A program made the translations under genes and the position numbers. Below the pieces are notes generated by a model. That model saw only the letters and a program-made list of their open reading frames with translations. It searched no databases and was not told the origin of the DNA. 64,000 bases of DNA from Promethearchaeota archaeon (GTDB taxonomy: Archaea > Asgardarchaeota > Lokiarchaeia > Sigyniarchaeales > SOKP01): NCBI GenBank assembly GCA_019057795.1, contig JAHLWS010000078.1:32001-96000 (forward strand), given 5' to 3'. Shown here piece by piece: positions 1-10,761 of this stretch. The first letter of the stretch is position 1, and the number at the start of each line of letters is the position of its first letter.

Positions 1-624
1 TCCTATTTCTTTTTTATCAACACGAGCAACTTCTGCTATCTCGTTTAATGTGCGTGGTACTTTAAACCTTCTACAAGCGGCATATAGACTTGCAGCAGCA
101 ACGCCTTCAATGCTTCTCCCTCGAATAAGATGAGCTCTAACAGCGTCTCTATAAATTTTTGCAGAACATTCTCGAAGATTTTTCTGAAGATCAAGGTTTG
201 AAGCCATGCGATCTAATTCACTTAAGGCAAAAGTCAAGTTTCTTTCAGTTGCATCTGATACTCTAATCCTACTTTGCCATTTTCTCAAGCGATATATTTG
301 ACCTCTAATCTTAGCAGAGATTTCTTTACCAAAGATATCCTTATTCTTCCAATCAATCATCGTGGAGAGCCCTTTGTCGTGGATCATATAAGTCATTGGA
401 GCTCCTGTCCTAGTTCTTTTCTTTTTTTGATCTGCATCAAAAGCACGCCATTCAGGCCCCTGATCTATATGTTTTTCTGAGTGTACTAAACCACATTCTT
501 GACAAACTAATGAACCTCTATTTTCGTCAAATAGAATATTTTTACCGCATTCGCTACAATTAGTATGACTTTTTCCAAAATCAATTTCTTCGGATGCATT
601 GCTTTGGTTCCAACTTGAAATAAT
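1..624 (-). CDS. tfb: Transcription initiation factor IIB (TFB), N-terminal part; runs off the window
   Basis: Manual translation gives the zinc ribbon CSECGKN...LVCQECGLV followed by [11 protein letters not shown]. No ATG/GTG/TTG in frame before the ribbon; probable ATT start at 624 or 621 after GGTG. Confidence 0.93.
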   Translation of the reverse strand, partial: MISSWNQSNASEEIDFGKSHTNCSECGKNILFDENRGSLVCQECGLVHSEKHIDQGPEWRAFDADQKKKRTRTGAPMTYMIHDKGLSTMIDWKNKDIFGKEISAKIRGQIYRLRKWQSRIRVSDATERNLTFALSELDRMASNLDLQKNLRECSAKIYRDAVRAHLIRGRSIEGVAAASLYAACRRFKVPRTLNEIAEVARVDKKEIG

Positions 625-668
625 TTACACCTTTTTAGATATTTTTTTTTAAAAACTAATATAAAATA

Positions 669-917
669 CTAATGTAATTTAGCGTAGATAGTATCATTTG
701 GATTAAATTTTTTGTTAGGTAAAATATTTATAGAAACAAAGGGCAATTTTATAGGACCAAAAATTTCTTTAATATACCCAATTTCTTCATATTGTTCAGT
801 AAAAACAGGTTTATGAAAAATTGCTTCGAGGTTTTTATCCCACTTTTTGGCTCTAAAGATATGATGTTTCTTAGAATTCCCGAGAAAAAATAGATTTAGC
901 TTAATATATTTTTGCAA
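669..917 (-). CDS. gar1: H/ACA RNP protein Gar1/Naf1
   Basis: IGYIKEIFGPIKLPFVSI motif; adjacency to TFB is typical of archaea. Confidence 0.8.
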   Translation of the reverse strand: MQKYIKLNLFFLGNSKKHHIFRAKKWDKNLEAIFHKPVFTEQYEEIGYIKEIFGPIKLPFVSINILPNKKFNPNDTIYAKLH

Positions 918-1182
918 ACAACGACCCTAACTATTATTTAAAATATAGAATAGAAAATTGAAAAGTAATATTTAAATATACCCTTTATTTAAAAAGGGCT
1001 TACAAAAATGATTATTTTAATATAAATGTACGTTATTTTTAAAATCGTAATAAGCGGGAAATGGGTGGGATATATAAATCAATTATTGATTTTCGATAAA
1101 AATACAAAAATTCTGTCAGTTTTTGATTACTTTTAAAAATAAGTTTAAGAATTTCTTTTAATTGTCATCTTAATTGTATTTA

Positions 1183-2286
1183 TTATATGAAATTTTTCTG
1201 CAACTGATATTTTATCAGGCAACCACATGAGTAGCTATCGTCTTTTTTTATTAAATGATTAATATTTTGAGACAATACAAACTCTTTGAGAGAGTTTATC
1301 ATAAATTCGTTGCAATCTCTTTTTAAACAATTGTGAATTCCTCTTTTCGAGCCAGCTCCAGAGGGAGACGATATAATCCTAACTGAATCCAAGATAGTCT
1401 TGTCTTTACAAGCTTTAATTATACATTTAAATAAAGAATAAAACCAAGGTGGCCGATATCTGTTCTGATACCATAAATATTCCACTAGCGAATTTTTTTG
1501 AATGTTGAGAGGGTTGATAGAAATAGTATTAACCTTTAATTCAGCTAATTTTTGAATAGAACTAGCACAATCATCTATTGCTGTTTGTTCGTTTAGGAAT
1601 GGTGGTTTAAACAATAAATATACTCTCACACCTACATTATTTTCCTTACAAATTTGGACTGCCTTTAAAAAATCTTCGAATTTTAGGCCTTTATTTACGT
1701 ATGTATTTCTAATATAATCATTTACCGTTTCCAAACCTATTGCTACTTCGATGTACTTATTTTCTAATGTGTTTTTCATTTTTTTAAGCTTCTCACGAGT
1801 TATATAATCAACTCGAGATTCTACAACGATTTCTTTTATTTTAGGGACTTCAGCGATTTTTTTATATATATGTTCACGAACATCAGCAGATATTTCGTCG
1901 TCATCGAAAAAACTTCCAGAATTAAAAATCTTGAGGATAAAATCATCTTTATCAATAGAAATTTCCTTGATTTTTTTTTGGAAGGCATAATCAAATTGGT
2001 TGATAATGTGAACAGGGTCAATTTCTTCAATGGTAGAATCTTGAATATATCCACACATGGAACACCCTCCAGTTTCTCCTAATGCCCAACTACATCCCTT
2101 TGTTCTTAATATAGTCGTGAATTCCTTTCCTTTTTCTTTGAGCAAACGATCTTCTTTTATCCAAAAACTTACTGGTTTATCTAATCGTTCGTCTTCAAAT
2201 TTTGACTTTTTTCTAATAGCTTTAGATCTAAGTGCTTTGATTTTTTCAACGAGGAAATTATTTTCATTTAATTTTTCCGTAGACAT
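1183..2286 (-). CDS. Archaeosine biosynthesis radical SAM protein RaSEA
   Basis: ILRTKGCSW...GGCSMCGY, FNSGSFFD, IGLET, YRPPWFYS; overlaps the arcS stop. Start taken at MSTEK. Confidence 0.88.
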   Translation of the reverse strand: MSTEKLNENNFLVEKIKALRSKAIRKKSKFEDERLDKPVSFWIKEDRLLKEKGKEFTTILRTKGCSWALGETGGCSMCGYIQDSTIEEIDPVHIINQFDYAFQKKIKEISIDKDDFILKIFNSGSFFDDDEISADVREHIYKKIAEVPKIKEIVVESRVDYITREKLKKMKNTLENKYIEVAIGLETVNDYIRNTYVNKGLKFEDFLKAVQICKENNVGVRVYLLFKPPFLNEQTAIDDCASSIQKLAELKVNTISINPLNIQKNSLVEYLWYQNRYRPPWFYSLFKCIIKACKDKTILDSVRIISSPSGAGSKRGIHNCLKRDCNEFMINSLKEFVLSQNINHLIKKDDSYSCGCLIKYQLQKNFI

Positions 2287-4345
2287 TTGCAATTTTACCT
2301 GTTTTTGAATTCTTAATATAATTTGAACCAACTTCTAGGTTCCCTAATCCAATTAAACTCTTTTTATCTTTGTCGAAAATAAGCGTAAAATCTTTTGGAA
2401 CGAGATTTGGACTATAACTTACAATCCCAGGACGAAATAAGGTGTTACCCTTAATTATTTGTCCATCAAAAACTATAAAATTCGTATTTTCATTTAAAGG
2501 TAATAATCTATTCGCTCCTGAAAGATTTAATTCAATTTGTCCCGTTTTAAAATTGAATTTTCCAAGATACTCATTATTTATCAAGTCAAATATTTCTATT
2601 TGGTGTCTTCTTTCATTTTTTCTAGTCCTAATTCCATTAAAACATATTTTTTCTCCAGCCCCTGTTCCAAATTGATAATCCAATATTTTAATAAATTTAC
2701 GAGTCCAACTCTTTGAGAAATTTTTATTTTTTGGAATAGGTTTTAGTGGTTTAAACGAATCTTTTAGGTCAATAATACTGTTTTCTAAAGATTTTAAGGA
2801 TTCAATGGTAGTTAGATTGTTTTTAATTCCCGTGAAGTAAAATTTATTCTTTAGTATTAATCGAGCGTTATCTATAATTTTTAAGTATCCGGGTTCTTTT
2901 AAATAACATATAATAGGTATGTCCTTATCATATTTCTCTAGTAGTTTAATTAACATATTTGAAGCAATTGATATTTCTTCATTATCCCAATCCCCAGTTA
3001 CTGAAATGTCATATGAATTTACGGGGTATATATTTTCAAGTTGTCTAGGAATGGCTCCTAAGGGAGAAGTTAAAATTATTTCTTGAAAATCAGGAAAATC
3101 ACGAAATTTTCTAATTATGCTGTAAAATTTCTTGTGAGATTTCGACTCGGAGTACGGTTTTTTTGCCGAGCAAGGAAGTATGATAATCAATTTTGTCCAT
3201 GATTCAGGCGTAAAACTTTTCAATAATCTCTCCCGAAATTCTTGGAAATCTGGTCTATAATATGAAGATGGACCAAAACATTTAATGATCTTGTTCGCTT
3301 GAGTTATCGGAGTTTCAAGTTTCATCGCGTTAAAGTACTGTTTATCTAAGACTTTCAAAGTAGATATTATGTTCATGTCGTCAAATGAGGATTTTTCGAC
3401 GAAACCTCGAAAATCCTCCATTCGCAAATACAACTTTATTTTATTCATGTATGTATAAGCGGATATAATATTATGAAGAGTTAATTGTTCTATTTTTTCA
3501 GAAGAATATTTGTTTTCTAGGATATATTTTAATTTCCTTTTGCAAATAGAACACGAGCAGGGTAAATATTTTAATTTATAAATGGGAAGTAAATGTTCTA
3601 TAGTATCGTAGAAATTTTCAGAAGATAAATATAATAGATAGGAACAATCAATTAAATCTACTCCTAAATAGACTAAAATTGGATAAAATTTCGGAATAAT
3701 TCTACCTGAAGCCATTAAGACTAAATTATTGTCGAGCTCTTGTTTAATTTGAATAATTATATTTAAAATATTTCTATATTTACTAAATACATCAAATAGA
3801 TCGACTAAATTTAATATTCTCACATTACTGTTATCCTTAATTAAAGGAAGATATAGATCAAATAATTCGGGATACTCAAAGATCTTAATAGATAAACCAA
3901 AATCTAAATTTCGATATTGATTTAAGATTTGATTGGCGTTGGTTATAAAATGTATAATTTCGTTTTTAGCGAAATCCTTATTTATGGTCGTAGTAGGGAT
4001 ATTAAACGGAATTAAAGGTACAATATTATCCTCTGAAAATATATCAATATTATTAACTAAAATTTCTTTAAATCTTTCCATTGAACCATTGTGCTTATAA
4101 ATAAAGCCAGTATGTTTAAACTTTTCTCGTAAAAACCCAATTTTCAAATAGAATTCTTTTAAGATCAAAAATACCTCGTGGTCTTCAAATTCCTCAAGAA
4201 AACTTATATGGTTTATTAAACTTTTCTTCATCGGAATGAGGATATTAGGTGTCGATATAAACCTTTTAGATTCTTTTGAACAAATTATTCTTCCTACTCT
4301 AGAAAATCCTATTCCTTTAGTTATTAATTCAAAAAAATAATTCAT
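2264..4345 (-). CDS. arcS: Archaeosine synthase subunit alpha (TGT-like, DUF5591 and PUA domains)
   Basis: LGVDLID, LPCSCSIC, LPCSAKKPYSESKSH, TSPLG, YDISVTGDW; PUA-like C-terminus. Confidence 0.88.
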   Translation of the reverse strand: MNYFFELITKGIGFSRVGRIICSKESKRFISTPNILIPMKKSLINHISFLEEFEDHEVFLILKEFYLKIGFLREKFKHTGFIYKHNGSMERFKEILVNNIDIFSEDNIVPLIPFNIPTTTINKDFAKNEIIHFITNANQILNQYRNLDFGLSIKIFEYPELFDLYLPLIKDNSNVRILNLVDLFDVFSKYRNILNIIIQIKQELDNNLVLMASGRIIPKFYPILVYLGVDLIDCSYLLYLSSENFYDTIEHLLPIYKLKYLPCSCSICKRKLKYILENKYSSEKIEQLTLHNIISAYTYMNKIKLYLRMEDFRGFVEKSSFDDMNIISTLKVLDKQYFNAMKLETPITQANKIIKCFGPSSYYRPDFQEFRERLLKSFTPESWTKLIIILPCSAKKPYSESKSHKKFYSIIRKFRDFPDFQEIILTSPLGAIPRQLENIYPVNSYDISVTGDWDNEEISIASNMLIKLLEKYDKDIPIICYLKEPGYLKIIDNARLILKNKFYFTGIKNNLTTIESLKSLENSIIDLKDSFKPLKPIPKNKNFSKSWTRKFIKILDYQFGTGAGEKICFNGIRTRKNERRHQIEIFDLINNEYLGKFNFKTGQIELNLSGANRLLPLNENTNFIVFDGQIIKGNTLFRPGIVSYSPNLVPKDFTLIFDKDKKSLIGLGNLEVGSNYIKNSKTGKIANVYGKIK

Positions 4346-4440
4346 GTTCTTCAATTAAAGATATCATTCAAAGGTATTTAAATTAATTTTTTTCTACTTT
4401 TTTAAATTCAAGCTACAAAATAAGAATTATCAAATTAAAA

Positions 4441-5400
4441 TCAAAATAATTTAAAGTTTGTGTACGGTTTCAACTCATCAAGTACAAAATTAGTATAAGT
4501 ATCTTCCATATCTTCTGATTCGTAGAGATTTTTGATAAAATCTCCGAACTCTTCGATTTTTTTTACTCGAACAATTGCTAACAATCCGTATTGTTCGCCC
4601 ATCCTGAATAGATACACAATTTCATCTCTTCTTACTAAGCTTAGTGCCAATTCACTATATTTCGAAGAATCTTTAGGTTTAATTCTTACTATAAATTTCC
4701 CTTTAAATCCCACCTCTTTTGGCTTAAAATTTATGGAATAATTAAGTACAACGCTTGATTCTTCAAGTTTTTTTATTCTATTGTAAATAGTAGATTGTGA
4801 CAGCTCTACATTATATCTTTTCTTGAAAATTTTGGAAATTTCGTAAGTAGAAATCAATTTTAAATTTTGTTCGTTCTCCATTATTTTCAGAATATTATAA
4901 TCAATTTGGTCAAGGTTTAGATCTATTTCCAGTTCTGTTGTCGTTACATCTATTCCATTAGTTTTGAACACTTTTATCGCTTCAATTATCTGATATTTCT
5001 TAAAATAAGATGTTCCCATTATTTCATCTATTTTTAGGAGAACTTTGTTAAACTCATCAGAATCGTTAAACACAAATAGAGCAATGAGTGAGTACTCTCC
5101 AAAAATTCCATCCAGCATTTTCATTTGAGGAATTTTTAACAAATCTTCGACGATGTGTGGCTCTTTAGGGTTTGTTTTTATTTCCAAAATTACATATTTT
5201 AAATTGGGTCGAATATTAGGGTTGATATTAATAGTGAAATTTTTAATTATTCCTTTATCCTTTAACATTTCAAATTTATTTTGAAAAGTTTGTCTAGTAA
5301 TCCCCAATTCTTTTGAAATTTTTGAGATATTAGGTTTTGATTTTGTATTGACATTTTTCAATATCTCAAAAGATTTTATATGATTTTTGCTGCTCACCAT
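4441..5400 (-). CDS. Lrp/AsnC family regulator with two tandem HTH-RAM units
   Basis: ISKELGITRQT and LSQSTIYNRIKKLEE HTH motifs, each followed by a GEY/GEQY-type RAM domain. Confidence 0.8.
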   Translation of the reverse strand: MVSSKNHIKSFEILKNVNTKSKPNISKISKELGITRQTFQNKFEMLKDKGIIKNFTININPNIRPNLKYVILEIKTNPKEPHIVEDLLKIPQMKMLDGIFGEYSLIALFVFNDSDEFNKVLLKIDEIMGTSYFKKYQIIEAIKVFKTNGIDVTTTELEIDLNLDQIDYNILKIMENEQNLKLISTYEISKIFKKRYNVELSQSTIYNRIKKLEESSVVLNYSINFKPKEVGFKGKFIVRIKPKDSSKYSELALSLVRRDEIVYLFRMGEQYGLLAIVRVKKIEEFGDFIKNLYESEDMEDTYTNFVLDELKPYTNFKLF

Positions 5401-5560
5401 AATAATTTTTAAGTAATTGCTATTTAAGAATATAATTGTTTGTATAAAAATTGCATAATTTAGTTTACACTTTTTGATAATCATATTTAAATAATATCAT
5501 AAAATTATTAGATTAACATATTGTTAAAATTTATCATTTTTGTGAATAGTGAAATTGAAT

Positions 5561-6829
5561 ATGGTTAATTATAAAGTAGCTGATGAAAACCTTGCTGAAA
5601 AAGGCAAAGAAGCTCTATATGTAGCTGAATCTAAAATGCCAGTTACAGCCGAAATTATTCGTAAGAGATTTTCCAAAGAAAAGCCCTTGAAAGGCATAAC
5701 AATTGCAGGATGTTTACATATTACTAAAGAAACCGGAATTCTTGCTCGTACTTTGAAAGCAGGGGGTGCTGAAGTCTATTTATGTGGAAGTAATCCGTTA
5801 TCTACTCAAGATGATGTTGCTGCTGCCTTAGTTCAAGAAGGAATAAATGTTTTTGCGTGGCATGGAAATACAGACGAAGAATTTTATTGGTGTATTCGAG
5901 AGTGTCTCAAGGCAAAACCGAATATTTTAATTGATGATGGTGCGGATATGATTGTTACTGCTCATAAGGAGTTTCCAGAGTTGATTGAAAAGGGCACGAT
6001 AATTGCATGTCAAGAAGAAACTACCACTGGAGTAAAAAGATTTAAAGCAATGAATAAAAAAGGAGCGCTGAAAGTTCCCTTATTTCCTGTGAATGATGCA
6101 AGGTGTAAGAATCAATTTGATAACGAGTTAGGAACGGGACAAGGCATTATTTCTGCAATATACGGTATGCATGTTCTCTTCGCAGGAAAAAATGTTCTGA
6201 TTGCAGGGTTCGGGCATTGCAGCTCGGGAATGGCATTAAGAGCTAGAGGATTAGGTGCTAATGTAACGGTTACTGAAGTTGATGCAATAAAAGCTTTGCA
6301 AGCCAAATTCGCAGGATATAATGTTATGCCCATTCTTGAAGCAATTCCAGACGCTGATATTATCCTTACAGCGACAGGATGCAAGCATGTAATCCCTGCA
6401 AAAACAGAAGTATTCGATAAACTTAAGGACAACGTCATCCTTGGGAATCTTGGTCATTTCGACATTGAAATTCCAACCAAAGAATTGTATGAACATGCCA
6501 AGGAAATAAAGCCAGTTAGAACGAATGTAGAAGAATTAATCTTTCCTAATGGAAAAAAAGTTTATCTGCTAGCTAAGGGAAGGCTCGCAAATCTCGTTTT
6601 GTCTGAAGGGCATCCTAGCGAAGTTATGGATATGTCGTTTGCTCTGCAATCTTTAATGTCCGAGTACATTGTGAAAAATAAAGCCTCTTTTAAGCCGGGC
6701 ATGATTAGTATTCCGCCTGAGATAGACGATAAAGTTGGTTATTTGAAATTAAAAACCATGGGTGTTAAAATAGATAAATTAACAGACGAGCAGTACAGTT
6801 ACATTCATGGATATGAAGAAGGGACTTAA
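5561..6829 (+). CDS. ahcY: Adenosylhomocysteinase
   Basis: GCLHIT, GSNPLSTQDD, DDGAD, EETTTG, GRLANL, GHPSEVMDMSFA. Confidence 0.97.
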   Translation: MVNYKVADENLAEKGKEALYVAESKMPVTAEIIRKRFSKEKPLKGITIAGCLHITKETGILARTLKAGGAEVYLCGSNPLSTQDDVAAALVQEGINVFAWHGNTDEEFYWCIRECLKAKPNILIDDGADMIVTAHKEFPELIEKGTIIACQEETTTGVKRFKAMNKKGALKVPLFPVNDARCKNQFDNELGTGQGIISAIYGMHVLFAGKNVLIAGFGHCSSGMALRARGLGANVTVTEVDAIKALQAKFAGYNVMPILEAIPDADIILTATGCKHVIPAKTEVFDKLKDNVILGNLGHFDIEIPTKELYEHAKEIKPVRTNVEELIFPNGKKVYLLAKGRLANLVLSEGHPSEVMDMSFALQSLMSEYIVKNKASFKPGMISIPPEIDDKVGYLKLKTMGVKIDKLTDEQYSYIHGYEEGT

Positions 6830-6899
6830 ACATTTTAATAACATAATTTTTTATTTATTTTTATAATTTCTATTACTAAGCTTTTTTTTATTTTGTCTT

Positions 6900-7925
6900 T
6901 CAAGGTTTAGGATTTAAGATTTCATCTGCAGTAATATCTCCATAGATTTCATTAGCCAGTTTTCTGAGCCCATCTATTCCAAGTGGTTCTTCAAGGAGCT
7001 TATCTGAATCCCAAATCTTTAAATCTTTAAATTCTTTTTTAATTTCCTCAGAAAATTTTAATTGTATTTGACGCATTTTTTTACAGAAATTACAGTGTTT
7101 AGGATCAGGAGTCAACATATTAATGTGGACCGCATCAAGGTTAATGTATTTTTTCGTTAAATCTCTTGCGCGTTTAACTTCTTCAAAGCTAGGTTTTTCA
7201 GCTATTGAAACTAACCTTAAGGACCCTACGCTATGGATTAGTTCAGTAATTCTCTCGCCACGCTTTTCAAGATCGACTATCATATTGAATATTTCTTTAC
7301 CTAATTCCCTCCTCTTTTCCTGATCATCAAATGGTTTAAGAATTTGATGAAACATTTTAGAAAAATTCCTAATTGTTCCTTTTATTGAATTATAAAAATT
7401 TAAAGAGTATTTTAAGACGACTTTTACTTGGTCTTCTGGGATTTCAAAGAGAGCAATCATATTAGCAGTGGGAGGAAAGTCAGCTATAATGATATCAAAT
7501 TGAATATCTTGAGAAGTTATATCCTCAGCATCTAAGATTTTTTGAAAAAACATGGCGTTTTTTAAAGCCAACGGTATTGAATCGGAAGTAAAGGTAGTAT
7601 CAAAAAATTCTTCAATTTGGGGGATCCTCCCTACCAATGGCATCTGTTTCATGAGAGCTTTCATCTTATTAACTAAATCTTTAGTATATTTTTCAGCATA
7701 GATATTTGGATCGGGCTCAATTGCCCATAGATTACTTGTTATTGGCGTAATATAGTTTCCAATCTCCAGAGATAGGAGATCTGATAAATTATGGGCCATA
7801 TCAAAGGAAATGAGAAGTATTTTCTTATTTGGAAGTAGTTTTGACAGAAGCACAGCGGTAGCTGCACTTATAGAGCTTTTCCCCACTCCTCCTTTCCCTC
7901 CTAACACTATTATTCTTTCAATCAT
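6900..7925 (-). CDS. ArsA/Get3 family ATPase
   Basis: GGKGGVGKS P-loop, DMAHNLSD, C-terminal CNFC, EPLGIDGL. Confidence 0.85.
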   Translation of the reverse strand: MIERIIVLGGKGGVGKSSISAATAVLLSKLLPNKKILLISFDMAHNLSDLLSLEIGNYITPITSNLWAIEPDPNIYAEKYTKDLVNKMKALMKQMPLVGRIPQIEEFFDTTFTSDSIPLALKNAMFFQKILDAEDITSQDIQFDIIIADFPPTANMIALFEIPEDQVKVVLKYSLNFYNSIKGTIRNFSKMFHQILKPFDDQEKRRELGKEIFNMIVDLEKRGERITELIHSVGSLRLVSIAEKPSFEEVKRARDLTKKYINLDAVHINMLTPDPKHCNFCKKMRQIQLKFSEEIKKEFKDLKIWDSDKLLEEPLGIDGLRKLANEIYGDITADEILNPKP

Positions 7926-8718
7926 GTCAAACGCTTAGATGCTTTAAAATAAGAAATTAAATAATATCAAATAACGATATAATATATAAAATAAATTCAA
8001 GAATTTTAATAATTCTACATTAATTTATTGGATTTTTTTTAGGAAAAAAGACTAACTTCCCGGAAAGAGTTGGACACTCACAATCCTTGTTTCTTTCGAA
8101 ATAGAAATAAAATCTGCCGATATCCGTATTAAGTTTGTACTTTACCTTTCTTTTGATGTTATCTGACATTTTTTTTAATAATTTATTATTCCAGTAAATA
8201 CTCATAGATTTAGAATCATAATTAATCTTAAAAAAATAGCATTTTATGGAGATAATATAACGATAAGGGCGGAGCCTTAATTGAACCTTTAAATTAACAA
8301 AAGATAAATTAAAAGAATTATTTTAATAAAATAATCATCAAAAAAATGTTGATTATTAATAGATTTACTAATTAAATTTACCATTCATATTAATTAAAAT
8401 TTTAATCGAATAAGTAAAATTAAATTTTCAAAAAAATCATCAATTAAATGAAATAATAAAATCAATCAATCAAAGTATTAAATTAAAATTATTATCCAAA
8501 CTTATAACAATATATAGGAAGTAGATTCATTAGATTCATAATTCAAGCTTAATAAAGACAAATAAAAATATCTCAAAAGATAAAGCATTCAAGATCTTAG
8601 TTAGAAATAATCAATTTAACATTAGTTCCTATCTACTAGTCGGATTTTACTTCTTTTTATAAGTTTATAATTAATTTTAGATAGATTGATAAAATTAAAT
8701 GTTAAATAGAAAAAAGGA

Positions 8719-9900
8719 GTGATTAAGATTACACATACTAATGTAGATTTTACTACAAAATATATTATTGAAGCTAAATTTAAAATTAAAGGTGTCGTTG
8801 AGAAATCAGACATCGTTGGAGCGATTTTTGGACAAACTGAAGGTCTTCTTTTAGATCTCGACTTGCGAGATCTTCAAAAGTCAGGGCGTATAGGACGGAT
8901 TGAGGTTGAAAATGAATCAAAGGAAGGAATTTCCGAAGGAATCATTAAAATCCCTTCTAGCCTTACTCGTAAAGAAACTGCTCTATTAGCAGCAACTGTA
9001 GAAACGGTTTCGCGTGTTGGACCTTGTGAAGCTGAGATTCAATTAATAGAAATAAGAGATGTGAGAGAAGCTAAACGTAAACAAATAATTGAACGGGCGG
9101 CTGAACTATTAAAAGAATGGGATGAAAAATCTTTAGAACCAAGCGAAATAGAAGAACAAATCGATACGGGTATAAAACTAGGTGAAATTATCTCTTGGGG
9201 TCCAGAAGGCTTACCCGCTGGTCCTAAAATTGACTCTAGTTCAGAACTAATACTCGTTGAAGGTCGAGCAGATGTATTAAACCTATTGAGGATAGGAGTT
9301 AAAAATACAGTTGCCGTACAAGGTACTCAAGTTCCTAAGTCGATTATTAGTTTAACTAAGAAAAAAGAAAGTGTCATAGCTTTCTTGGATGGGGATCGTG
9401 GAGGGACTATTATTTTGAATGAACTTTTACAAGTTGCAAAGCTTGATTATGTGGCGCGAGCACCAGAAGGTTACGAAGTGGAAGAACTTACTCGTAAACA
9501 AATGATAAAATCTCTCCAAAATAAAAAGCCCGTAAGAACCGCACATGAGAGGAAGGTTATCGAGAGAAAAGGACATACGGGAAAGGAATCGTATTTACAT
9601 AAATTATTGAAGAAATTAAAAGTCAAAAATTACGCAATAATAGAAGAAAGCTTTAAGAAAATAGAGCCAGGCCACAGTATAGGGTTTAATAAGAGCTTAG
9701 AGAAACTATTTGAAATCCCTGTTGGAGAAATCTTTGAAAAAATTAAAGATTTTAAAGGTACGCAATTTCTAATTATTGATGGCATCTTAACGAAACGCCT
9801 GCTTTCACTTTTATTAAAATTGAAATTGAAATTTATCGCATGTAAAAACAAGGAAGAAGATTTAAGAATACCAGAACAAATAATTGTTTTCTTCTTCTAA
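8719..9900 (+). CDS. dnaG: Archaeal DnaG-type primase / exosome-associated DnaG
   Basis: GVVEKSDIVGAIFGQTEGLL, TOPRIM motifs VEGRADV and FLDGDRGG. Confidence 0.95.
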   Translation: MIKITHTNVDFTTKYIIEAKFKIKGVVEKSDIVGAIFGQTEGLLLDLDLRDLQKSGRIGRIEVENESKEGISEGIIKIPSSLTRKETALLAATVETVSRVGPCEAEIQLIEIRDVREAKRKQIIERAAELLKEWDEKSLEPSEIEEQIDTGIKLGEIISWGPEGLPAGPKIDSSSELILVEGRADVLNLLRIGVKNTVAVQGTQVPKSIISLTKKKESVIAFLDGDRGGTIILNELLQVAKLDYVARAPEGYEVEELTRKQMIKSLQNKKPVRTAHERKVIERKGHTGKESYLHKLLKKLKVKNYAIIEESFKKIEPGHSIGFNKSLEKLFEIPVGEIFEKIKDFKGTQFLIIDGILTKRLLSLLLKLKLKFIACKNKEEDLRIPEQIIVFFF

Positions 9901-9942
9901 AATTTCTAATTTTTTTTAATCATTGAATTATAGAGATTAATT

Positions 9943-10377
9943 TCAGATTTTATTACAATTGACGTTAATAGGCAAGCCATCCGCGATTGAATTTGAAACT
10001 ATACAATATTCTCTAAACTTATTGATACATAAATTGATTTCTTCAGAAGAAGCGTTTTCTTCAGGTTTAAATTTAATTTCAGCATTCACTTTAGTTAACC
10101 TTAAAAGCATTTTAGGACCTACATGAGATAATTTTCCATCTACCACGATTTCAACGCTTTTCATCTTTATATTCTTTTTTTGTAAGCAATATATAAAGGT
10201 TGTTCCTAAACACCCACCTATTCCAATTAATAAGTACTCGACGGAACTTGGACCTAGATCCGTACCGTGAAATGATGTAGGTTCGTCTACGCTAAAGTCC
10301 TTAAATTGTCTCGCAGAAGCTTTAAAATGGAGATTTTCGGTATAATTTAACGATACTTTCATGACAAAACAACTCAA
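9943..10377 (-). CDS. OsmC family protein
   Basis: DEP...GTDLGPSSVEYLLIGIGGC and CIVSNSI. Confidence 0.88.
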   Translation of the reverse strand: MSCFVMKVSLNYTENLHFKASARQFKDFSVDEPTSFHGTDLGPSSVEYLLIGIGGCLGTTFIYCLQKKNIKMKSVEIVVDGKLSHVGPKMLLRLTKVNAEIKFKPEENASSEEINLCINKFREYCIVSNSIADGLPINVNCNKI

Positions 10378-10427
10378 AAATAGAATATCTCTTACTTTTC
10401 AATAAAAATAGGAAAAATTTAAAATTG

Positions 10428-10676
10428 TTAACGGATTCCTAAGATGAAATTAATAAAGGTCCAAAGAAGTTGGATTACAAAAGATATGCCCCCTAATAAT
10501 AGTAATCCAATTCCACATATCTTAAAAATTAAAAGATATTCTTTCCTATCTGGTTTATTGGCAATTTTTATTATTCTTTTAGTATTTTGAAAAAAGACAC
10601 CAAGACGTTCGTAGATACTTAATTTTTTACTTTTATTGTATTTAGAGTATTTTTCATAACTGGGATAATTTGACAT
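10428..10676 (-). CDS. secE: Protein translocase SecE/Sec61 gamma
   Basis: RIIKIANKPDRKEY followed by one TM helix; next to ftsY. Confidence 0.88.
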   Translation of the reverse strand: MSNYPSYEKYSKYNKSKKLSIYERLGVFFQNTKRIIKIANKPDRKEYLLIFKICGIGLLLLGGISFVIQLLWTFINFILGIR

Positions 10677-10761
10677 TTTTCGTTTTTCTTCCGTTTTTTT
10701 ATATTATTTAAATTAAAACTAAATATTTAAAAAATTTAATTATTGATTAAACTTTTGATCG

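Noticed and set aside
7930-8715. Long AT-rich gap upstream of dnaG as a replication origin
   Set aside because: No ORB-like repeats or adjacent orc1/cdc6 recognised
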